DNA of 64,000 bases from Macrostomum lignano. Lineage: Eukaryota. How positions within the stretch are numbered: position 1 is the stretch's first letter; each line of letters begins with the position of its first letter. The stretch is taken from the NCBI GenBank assembly GCA_002269645.1, contig NIVC01001573.1:124001-188000 (forward strand), written 5' to 3'. The translations under genes were made by a program, and so were the position numbers. Below are positions 1-10,100 of this stretch, in pieces. The notes under the pieces are model-generated. The model was not told the origin of the DNA, did not search any database, and saw only the letters and a program-made list of their open reading frames with translations.

Positions 1-350
1 GGGGGAGAGAGGGTAGAGAGGGGCGAGAGAGGGTAGAGAGGGGCGAGAGGGTAGAGAGGGGAGAGAGGTTAGAGCGGGGGAGAGAGGGTAGAGCGGGGGA
101 GAGAAGGGTAGAGAGGGAGAGAGAGGGTAGAGAGGGGCGAGAGGGTAGAGAGGGGCGAGAGGGTAGAGAGGGGGAGAGAGGGTAGAGCGGGGAGAGAAGG
201 GTAGAGAGGGGGAGAGAGGGTAGAGAGGGGGCGAGAGGGTAGAGAGGGGCGAGAGGGTAGAGAGGGGGAGAGAGGGTAGAGCGGGGGAGAGAGGGTAGAG
301 CGGGGGAGAGAAGGGTAGAGAGGGGGAGAGAGGGTAGAGAGGTGGCGAGT
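1..350. repeat. Purine-rich degenerate tandem repeat (GAGAGGGTAGAGAGGGG-like), truncated by the window edge
   Basis: Direct reading of the sequence; ORF 69..389 (LSTLSPPLYP repeats) is its translation. Confidence 0.9.
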
Positions 351-818
351 GGGAATGAGTATGGGGCAGATTAAGAAAACATGAATCAAGGAAGGGTGGT
401 TCGAGTCAGCGGCGGGCCCCTTTTTCTGTGTGATTCTGTTTTGCTGTTGCTGTTCACACCATGGCAGAGGCAGGAAGCTCTCATTTTGTGAACCCGAGGG
501 ACCCGGACTCCAGTGCGAACTTCCTCAGCATTTTTGTGCCGTGCGGGTGTCCTGTCATTACATGTACTTTTCCAACTGTTACTGTGTCCCAAACCATCGC
601 TTCAATAGTAATTATAAGTGTGCGCGTGTTTGTGTTGCCGTGAAAATATTTTGCTGTAGTCACGTGACTTTCCTTCACTATTGAACCTCAGCGGTGGTCT
701 TGGGTGTAGCGAGACTTGCTCTGAAATTCTGGTCCCGACGATGAGAGGAGGGCATAAAGGGTGAGAGAAAAGATGAAAGTGAGATGAAGGACAGAGCCTG
801 AAATGACGGACAAAAGCT

Positions 819-1711
819 GAGATGAGGGACAGAAGCTGAGATGAGGGACAGAGCCTGAGATGAGGGACAGAAGCTGAGATGAGGGACAGAAGCTGAGATG
901 AGGGACAGAAGCTGAGATGAGGGGCAGAGCCTGAGATGAAGGACAGAAGCTGAGATGAGGGACAGAGCCTGAGATGAAGGACAGAAGCTGAGATGAGGGA
1001 CAGAGCCTGAGATGAAGGACAGAAGCTGAGATGAGGGACAGAGCCAGAGATAAGGGACAGAAGCTGAGATGAGGGGCAGAGCCTGAGATGAAGGACAGAA
1101 GCTGAGATGAGGGACAGAAGCTGAGATGAGGGACAGAAGCTGAGATGAGGGGCAGAGCCTGAGATGAAGGACAGAAGCTGAGATGAGGGACAGAGCCTGA
1201 GATGAAGGACAGAAGCTGAGATGAGGGACAGAAGCTGAGATGAGGGACAGAAGCTGAGATGAGGGACAGAAGCTGAGATGAAGGACAGAAGCTGAGATGA
1301 GGGGCAGAGCCTGAGATGAAGGACAGAAGCTGAGATCAGGGACAGAGCCTGAGATGAAGGACAGAAGCTGAGATGAGGGACAGAGCCTGAGATGAAGGAC
1401 AGAAGCTGAGATGAGGGACAGAAGCTGAGATGAGGGACAGAAGCTGAGATGAGGGACAGAAGCTGAGATGAAGGACAGAAGCTGAGATGAGGGGCAGAGC
1501 CTGAGATGAAGGACAGAAGCTGAGATCAGGGACAGAGCCTGAGATGAAGGACAGAAGCTGAGATGAGGGACAGAGCCAGAGATAAGGGACAGAAGCTGAG
1601 ATGAGGGGCAGAGCCTGAGATGAAGGACAGAAGCTGAGATGAGGGACAGAAGCTGAGATGAGGGACAGAAGCTGAGATGAAGAACAGAAGCTGAGATGAA
1701 GGAAAGAGATG
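819..1711. repeat. 19-bp minisatellite (GCTGAGATGAGGGACAGAA and variants)
   Basis: Unit seen directly in tandem, with variants GAGCCTGAGATGAAGG and GAGATCAGGG. Confidence 0.95.
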
Positions 1712-1736
1712 AGATGTCTAGAGTTCCTGAACTCAG

Positions 1737-1978
1737 ACTAGCAAAGTTTTAAGACTGTGGAATCTGCAGCCGCTTCCCAATGTAGCGGAGATTAAGGATT
1801 TGATGGAGATCGAGGGGCAGCTGGCCTGTGCTGAAGAGTTTTTGGTTGAACCGCTTTCTAGACAGACAGACAGACAGGCAGACAGGAGGAATGGACCCAG
1901 GATCGGGGCTGAAGATCTTGCAGAACTGATGACTCATGTTGGTTCCCCCGCCGAACATGCCACTTCCATACCAGGCTG
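1737..1978 (+). CDS. Candidate upstream exon of the Ala/Gln-rich gene (TSKVLRLWNLQPLPNVAEIKDLMEIEG...)
   Basis: Acceptor aactcag|ACT and donor TG|gtcagt. Open frame; the phase-2 end matches the exon starting at 2812. No family recognised. Confidence 0.3.
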
Positions 1979-2319
1979 GTCAGTCTTACAGTCATATATT
2001 TTACTGCCCCTATTCCGGGAACAAGGTCTGCCTATCATCTAGGAATTGTCTGCTTCTGAGGTTTTGCTGCGGCCTTCTTCAGGTCCCCCCCCCCGACTGC
2101 CCGGGTGGCCCGGCTGCGCCTTTTACCTTCGCGGGATAAATGTAATAAGTTAGCCGAAAGTGCGAATATAAGGAGCTGCGGCGGGAAACTTCTAATGGAT
2201 GACGGATGCAATTGCGCGCAGAAGGGATTGGGGAATGATAGGCAGGCTGGCTTGTGGGCGCTGACCTTGCCTGCGCTGGCGGGCGATAGCGGTGCAAGAA
2301 GGGATAGTAAATAATTAGT

Positions 2320-2640
2320 AATGACGTCATTGAACTGCTTGCCTATGAGGGCACGGTGCTTTTAGATTGAGACATAATCTAGCAGTTAGACTATGACGTC
2401 ATCATTTAGCAGTTAGACTGTGCCGTCATAATCTAGTTAAACAATGTCGTCATCATCTAGCAGCTAGACTATGACGTCATCATCTAGCATTTTGACGATG
2501 ATGTAATTTACCTTGTTAGATAATGACGTCATCTAGCAGTTGGATGATGACGTCATTTTCCCATCGCTATTTGACAATTAAGTTATCTAGTAGTGAGAGA
2601 ATGACTTCATCTAGATGCAAGACTGTGACGTCATCTGTCA
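2320..2640. promoter_or_regulatory. Cluster of six perfect CRE palindromes (TGACGTCA) in a decayed tandem repeat
   Basis: TGACGTCA at 2322, 2394, 2472, 2524, 2548 and 2626. Regulatory function is inferred. Confidence 0.5.
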
Positions 2641-2811
2641 TATAAGACTGTGATGTAATCGAACTGGAAGATTAAGAACTCATCTTACGGCTACATTGCG
2701 ACGTGCTGTACATTTGATAGAATGGCGCCCAGTGACACATAATTCCTACTTTCAAGTAGTATGGCGAGTTAGAGAGCGATTCGACCTGATTTCACTCCCT
2801 GATTCTCACAG

Positions 2812-2989
2812 CCTGCAGCAGATGGCCTCAGCCTACGGCTACCAGCAGCAGGCGGTAATGTCGCCGGCCAGCCTCATGGCTTTGTCGGCGGCGCCACAGC
2901 TGGCTGGGGGCGCCGGCAATTCGTCCGCTACCGCCACGGCCAGCTTCCTGGCAGACTACGCTGCCACCGTGGCAGCCGCTCAGCAGTTT

Positions 2990-3025
<36 letters not shown>

Positions 3026-3541
3026 TTATACTCTGGTCTGTCCGACTCTGCCATGCTGCAGCTCGCTCAGGTGAGTGACTGGGACAGCGGGCTGGATGCG
3101 GTCTGGGGTTCGAGTCACAGAGAAATCTTTTCAGCTTACCTCTACCTTTTTTAGAATCTCACCCATCTCACAGGTCTTTATAGCATCTATCTCGCTAGAA
3201 TCCCACGGCTCTTAACGCAATCTCACCCTTTATCTAATTGGAATATCACCATTTATGTTTATGTATGTCTCACCCTTACAGATACAGCATCTCACTAATG
3301 TTTCTCACAGATCTCACCCGTCCCCCATCAGGCCTCCTACCTGCCCCAGTACTACGCCGCTGCCTCGATGCAGAGCGGCGGGGGCACTGGCGGCCTTCAG
3401 AGTCTGGCCGGCGGCGGCGCCTCCACGGTCAGCGTGGCCGGTCAGGGCTCAGCCTCCGCTGCGGCTGCGGCGGCTGCGGCTGCGGCAGCTGCCGTACAAA
3501 ACGGCTTCCTGCTGACCGGAGCCCAGGAGCGGGCGCAGTAG
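2812..3541 (+). CDS. 3' exons (2812-3070, 3311-3541) of a gene encoding a low-complexity Ala/Gln/Gly/Tyr-rich C-terminus
   Basis: Acceptor ttctcacag|, donor CAG|gtgagt and acceptor tttctcacag|ATC give a phase-0 join. Reads MASAYGYQQQ...poly-Q...ISPVPHQASYLPQYYAAA...QERAQ-TAG. Confidence 0.75.
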
Positions 3542-3667
3542 CCGCTGGGTGCTGCCACGGCCGGCCCAGAAAACCCAAAGTTCATTTTGCAGATGGCATA
3601 AGGCTGCTGGGGCAGCCTTCATCGGGTTCAGCTGACTTTTTAACTGACTCGTGTGTACTTTTGTATT

Positions 3668-4404
3668 GATCCTTCAGCGGGTGCCGCTATCCTCCCTGAT
3701 CCTTCAGCGGGTGCCGCTACCCTCCCTGATCCTTCAGCGGGTGCCGCTACCCTCTCTGATCCTTCAGCGGCTGCCGCTACCCTCCCTGATCCTTCAGCGG
3801 GTGCCGCTACCCTCCCTGATCCTTCAGCGGGTGCCGCTACCCTCTCTGATCCTTCAGCGGCTGCCGCTACCCTCCCTGATCCTTCAGCGGCTGCCGCTAC
3901 ACTCCCTGATTCTTCAGCGGGTGCCGCTACCCTCCCTGATCCTTCAGCGGGTGCCGCTACCCTCCCTGATCCTTCAGCGGGTGCCGCTATCCTCTCTGAT
4001 CCTTCAGCGGCTGCCGCTACCCTCCCTGATCCTTCAGCGGCTGCCGCTACACTCCCTGATTCTTCAGCGGGTGCCGCTATCCTCCCTGATCCTTCAGCGG
4101 GTGCCGCTACCCTCTCTGATCCTTCAGCGGGTGCCGCTAACCCTCTCTGATCCTTCAGCGGGTGCCGCTACCCTCCCTGATCCTTCAGCGGGTGCCGCTA
4201 CCCTCTCTGATCCTTCAGCGGCTGCCGCTACCCTCCCTGATCCTTCAGCGGGTGCCGCTACCCTCCCTGATCCTTCAGCGGGTGCCGCTACCCTCCCTGA
4301 TCCTTCAGCGGGTGCCGCTATCCTCCCTGATTCTTCAGCGGGTGCCGCTACCCTCCCTGATCCTTCAGCGGCTGCCGCTACCCTCTCTGATCCTTCAGCG
4401 GGTA
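3668..4404. repeat. 30-bp minisatellite (GATCCTTCAGCGGGTGCCGCTACCCTCCCT), about 24 copies, downstream of the stop codon
   Basis: Direct; each unit has a small AGCGG-GTG-CCGCT stem. Confidence 0.95.
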
Positions 4405-4883
4405 CCGCGTACGCATGTAATTATAGAAAATCGTCTTAAAATTAAACTCGGAGATACGATACTACTAACCACAGTAGTCCAGTTTGCATCTGTTTGTGTA
4501 GATAAAATAAAAAATGTAGTTCAATTATGACCAGCACTCAATTGTTCGGATCATGCTAGACAAGAATTACTACTAAGCACACAGTAGTGTGAATCCCTAA
4601 TGCTCGTTATCTGCTAAATTATTTATGAACAAAATTTTACTTTTGTATTTAATGTAACTTTTATTCTCGAAATTGCCATTTTCGCTGATCGAACACGCGT
4701 CTTGCTGCTAACTACAGCTGCTCACAAGTAGCATGCGCAAATTTTTTCTCATTTTTAGACCCGCGTAGGATGGACAGTTTTTTAATTTATAATAAATTGA
4801 TGGCTGCTTTATACAGAAACTTGTCAGCCCGCTCGTTTCTTTATGTATTGAAATTGAAACTGAAAACTCCTACTGAATATGGA

Positions 4884-5755
4884 ATCTGTCTCTCCGCTCC
4901 CTGATCAGTCCCTGAGTCTGTCTCTCCGCTCCCTGATCAGTCCCTGAGTCTGTCTCTCCGCTCCCTGATCAGTCCCTGAGTCTGTCTCTCCGCTCCCTGA
5001 TCAGTCCCTGAGTCTGTCTCTCCGCTCCCTGATCAGTCCCTGAGTCTGTCTCTCCGCTCCCTGATCAGTCCCTGAGTCTGCCTCTCAGCTCCCTGATCGG
5101 TCCCTGAATCGGCCTCTCCGCTCCTCGATCAGTCCCTGAGTCTGCCTCTCAGCTCCCTGAGTCTGTCTCTCCGCTCCCTGATCGGTCCCTGAGTCTGTCT
5201 CTCCGTTCCCTGATCAGTCCCTGAGTCTGCCTCTCAGCTCCCTGAGTCTGTCTCTCCGCTCCCTGATCGGTCCCTGAGTCTGTTTCTCAGCTCCCTGAGT
5301 CTGTCTCTCCGCTCCCTGATCAGTCCCTGAGTCTGCCTCTCAGCTCCCTGAGTCTGTCTCTCGCTCCCTGATCGGTCCCTGAAGCTGCGGCTCCGCTCCC
5401 TGATCAGTCCCTGAAGCTGCCTCTCCGTTCCCTGATCAGTCCCTGAGTCTGCCTCTCAGCTCCCTGAGTCTGTCTCTCCGCTCCCTGATCGGTCCCTGAG
5501 TCTGTTTCTCAGCTCCCTGAGTCTGTCTCTCCGCTCCCTGATCAGTCCCTGAGTCTGCCTCTCAGCTCCCTGAGTCTGTCTCTCGCTCCCTGATCGGTCC
5601 CTGAAGCTGCGGCTCCGCTCCCTGATCAGTCCCTGAAGCTGCCTCTCCGCTTCCCTGATCAGTCCCTGAAGCTGCCTCTCCGCTTTCCTGATCGGTCCCT
5701 GAAGCTGCCTCTCCGCTTCCCTGATCAGTCCCTGAATCTGCAGTTCCGCTCCCTT
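4884..5755. repeat. 32-bp minisatellite (GAGTCTGTCTCTCCGCTCCCTGATCAGTCCCT) with shortened variants
   Basis: Period 32 measured between 4889, 4921 and 4953. Confidence 0.95.
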
Positions 5756-6305
5756 AGGCTCCCGCCTTAGTTAAAAGAAGCGAGCTGATGGAAAGCTATT
5801 GAACACAATTATGCAATAATCAAGGTCACAAGGGTACAGTTTATTTTAACAAAAAATCAAAGTACCCGAGAACGCGCGCCGGTGCTTAGCAGATCAGCTT
5901 CCAAACAGTTGGAATCAAGGAACTTTCAAGTAATTATTAACAATTAATTAACATCAGGTTTTTAAAACACAGGATTTGAGACAAGAATGAACAGAGAATT
6001 ATTATTAATCAAACAGAATGAGTCAAGAATTTAAAACCGACACAGCATCATGTTTTTACATTGGATGAAGCAAAAGTTAGGAAATGAACTCTGTTGATTT
6101 CTGGGCTATTGTTGTTATATTGGAAAATTAATATAAAAATATAAAAAAACAGGTTAGCAACGACAGGTAACATCAGGAAGTAAATTTAATAGCGGCCAGC
6201 AACTGGAAAATTTACACAGAAATTCTCTGGGAAAAGTTCAAATAAACTTATCAGAAAATTGCAGACAAACAGATTGGACAAGTTGAGATTAGAGGGCGTT
6301 TGTTG

Positions 6306-6965
6306 CAGAGATTGGAAGGCGATTCTTGAAGAGATTGGAGGGTGATTCTTGAGGAGATTGGAGGGTGATTCTTGCAGAGATTGGAGGGTGATTCTTGAGG
6401 AGATTGGAGGGCGATTCCTGCAGAGATTGGAGGGTGATTCTTGAGGAGATTGGAGGGTGATTCTTGCAGAGATTGGAGGGCGATTCCTGCAGAGATTGGA
6501 GGGTGATTCTTGCAGAGATTGGAGGGCGATTCCTGCAGAGATGGGAGGGTGATTCTTGCAGAGATTGGAGGGTGATTCTTGCAGAGATTGGAGGGTGATT
6601 CTTGAGGAGATTGGAGGGTGATTCTTGCAGAGATTGGAGGGTGATTCTTGAGGAGATTGGAGGGCGATTCCTGCAGAGATTGGAGGGTGATTCTTGCAGA
6701 GATTGGAGGGCGATTCCTGCAGAGATGGGAGGGCGATTCCTGCAGAGATTGGAGGGCGATTCCTGCAGAGATTGAAGGGCGATTCCTGCAGAGATTGGAG
6801 GGCGATTCCTGCAGAGATTGGAGGGCGATTCCTGCAGAGATTGGAGGGCGATTCCTGCAGAGATTTGGAGGGCGATTCCTGCAGAGATTGGAGGGCGATT
6901 CCTGCAGAGATTTGAGGGCAATTCTTGCAGAGATTTGGAGGGCGATTCTTTTAGAGATTGGAGGG
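6306..6965. repeat. 23-bp minisatellite (GAGATTGGAGGGCGATTCCTGCA)
   Basis: Direct; generates ORFs 6289..7110 and 6648..6983. Confidence 0.95.
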
Positions 6966-7161
6966 CTATTTTTGCGGAGATAAATTGCGCTGTTTCAAAG
7001 ACAGGTGACTCTGAAGTCGTTAAACAGTAAAAACTACCCAATGCAAAAAGACAGCAAACTGTGGATTCAAATTTGTGACACCCCAGAACACACGAACTTG
7101 ACTTGTACAAGCAGAAACTAATAAAAGTACAAAAATCGGTCTCAGAAGTCTCATTCTACAA

Positions 7162-10100
7162 TCATTTCCCGCCCGGGGCTCGAATCGGCAGTCCCTGAAT
7201 GGCGTCCCTGTACGCCTGCGGCGGCCGCGTCTTTGGCCGGTCGCCCGGGTGCGCCTCGGTGAAATGCGTGTCCAGAACTTCGCGCGACCAGTAGGAGCGC
7301 CGGCACAGGTGGCAGTGGTGCGGGAACACGCCCAGGTGGTACTGCACAATGTGATCCTTCAGGCTGTTCAAGCTGCTGGAGGAGCTGGTGCACACCGAGC
7401 AGTGGTAGGTCACCCCGCCGAAGTTGCCACGCTTGCGCACCACCCAGCACTTGGCCAGAGGCGCCGGGTCCACCGCCCGGTCCAGCGAGTCCGGCATCAG
7501 CAGCAGCTCCTTGCCGTTCACCATCACGCTGGCTGGCTGGGCGGCCGCTGTCTCGGCGCCTTCCTCTTCATCGTCCTGCTCCTCATCGTCTTCCTGGGCT
7601 TCGGTCTCAGCCTCCTCCTCTTCCTCATCCTCCCCTTCCTCATCGCCAGCCTCTTCCTCCGCTTCGCCGTCTTCGCCGTCTTCCTCAGCGCCGTCGTCCT
7701 CGATAATCTGCATCTCGGCATCGTCAGCATAGTCTTCCTCATCAGCCTCCTCCTCGTTCCCTTCTTCATCGTCTCCAGCCTCCCCAGCCTCCTCATCATT
7801 GACGCCGTTATCAGCTCCGTCCTCGTAATCTTCCTCTTCATCATCTTGTTCCTGGTCTTCTTCTTCCGACATCGATCGGGGCCGCTTCCTGCTGCCGGAA
7901 GAAGAATTGCCAGAGGCCGAGGCAGCTGCGGAGGCGGCGGCGGCGGCAGCGGCAGCGGCGGCTTCTCGACGAGTCTTGGCGGCCGCGATGGCGGCGGCGG
8001 AGCGCTGCAGAATCCGCTTGGCCTGACTGGACGGCTTGACGTCCACGCGGTTCATGGCGTAGCGATAGGCCGAGTACTGCAGCAGGTGGAACTCGCGCTG
8101 CGGGTGCTCCAGCAGGTGGTGCCGGAACACGTGGTTCCTGACCGCGTACAGCTTGCCACACACGCTGCACTTGTGCCCGGGAATGCGCAGGTGGTCGCGC
8201 ACGATGTGGCCCCGGACTGGGCCAACATTGTGGGAGCCGAACTCGCACCAGCTGCAGGTGAACTGGCACCTGCCCGGCGGCAGCGGCTTCTCCGACTCGT
8301 CAGCCTGGATGACGAAACAGGTTGTGGGGATCTGCGGCCGGTCGGACGAGCACTGCATCTCTGGCGGGACGCCCGCGCTGGACGATGTCGAATCCTCCGC
8401 GTCCTCGCCTGGCTCGTCGGCTGAGGCCACGGAGGTCACGAGTTCCTGGTCGGAGCCGGCGCCCGTGGTTTTGATTTTTATTCGAAGACCTTTATTGGGC
8501 GAGGCGGCGATGCTGCCGGTGGCCGAGGCAGGCGACACCGAGGCTGCGGGGGTGCCGCTCTGGAACGGAGATTTAAGGTGGATGATTAGGGTGGATTCTC
8601 GGGTAGATTTAGGGTGGATTCTCGGGTAGATTTAGGGTGGATTCTCGGGTAGATTTAGGGTGGATTCTCAGGTACATTTCCAGGTACTCGTAGATTTATG
8701 GTAGATTCTCGGGTATACTCTCAGGTAGATTTAGGGTCGATTCTTGGGTAGATTTAGGGTAGATTCTCAGATAGATTTAGGGTAGATTCTCAGATAGATT
8801 TAGGGTAGATTCTCAGCTAGATTTAGGGTAGATTCTCAGCTAGATTTAGGGTATATTTTCAGCTAGATTTAGGGTAGATTCTCAGATAGATTTAGGGTAG
8901 ATTTTCAGCTAGATTTAGGGTAGATTCTCAGATAGATTTAGGGTAGATTCTCAGCTAGATTTAGGGTATATTCTCAGCTAGATTTAGGGTATATTCTCAG
9001 ATAGATTTAGGGTCGATTCTCAGATAGATTTAGGGTCGATCCTCAGATAGATTTAGGGTATATTCTCAGCTAGATTTAGGGTATATTCTCAGATAGATTT
9101 AGGGTAGATTCTCAAGTAGATTTAGGGTGGATTCTCAGCTAGATTTAGGGTAGATTCTCAGATAGATTTAGGGTAGATTCTCAGCTTGATTTAGGGTAGA
9201 TTCTCAGATAGATTTAGGGTATATTCTCAGCTAGATTTAGGGTATATTCTCAGCTAGATTTAGGGTAGATTCTCAGATAGATTTAGGGTATATTCTCAGC
9301 TAGATTTAGGGTAGATTCTCAGATAGATTTAGGGTATATTCTCAGCTAGATTTAGGGTAGATTCTCAGCTAGATTTATGGTAGATTCTCAGATAGATTTA
9401 GGGTATATTCTCAGCTAGATTTAGGGTAGATTCTCAGCTAGATTTAGGGTAGATTCTCAGCTAGATTTAGGGTAGATTCTCAGATAGATTTAGGGTAGAT
9501 TCTCAGCTTGATTTAGGGTAGATTCTCAGATAGATTTAGGGTATATTCTCAGCTAGATTTAGGGTATATTCTCAGCTAGATTTAGGGTAGATTCTCAGAT
9601 AGATTTAGGGTATATTCTCAGCTAGATTTAGGGTAGATTCTCAGATAGATTTAGGGTATATTCTCAGCTAGATTTAGGGTAGATTCTCAGCTAGATTTAT
9701 GGTAGATTCTCAGATAGATTTAGGGTATATTCTCAGCTAGATTTAGGGTAGATTCTCAGCTAGATTTAGGGTAGATTCTCAGATAGATTTAGGGTAGATT
9801 CTCAGCTAGATTTAGGGTAGATTCTCAGATAGATTTAGGGTACATTCTCAGCTAGATTTAGGGTCGATTCTCTGAGATTTAGGGCAGATTTTTAGGTAGA
9901 TTTAGGGTCGATTCCAAGGTAGATTTAGGGTAGATTCTCAGCTAGATTTAGGGTCGATTCCAAGGTAGATTTGAGGTTGATTTCCAGGTAAATTAAGGGT
10001 GGATTTGGGTAAGATTTTGGGTGTGATTTGGGTAGACAAGTTACTTTCATTGTAGGTTTAGGTAAGATGCAGATTTTGATGATTGAAATAAAAAATCAAC

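Noticed and set aside
360-430. B-box-like GGTTCGAGTC followed by a T-run, suggesting a tRNA or Pol III gene
   Set aside because: No convincing A box or cloverleaf
7249-8424. 391-aa + strand ORF
   Set aside because: Antisense shadow of the GC-rich ZnF terminal exon
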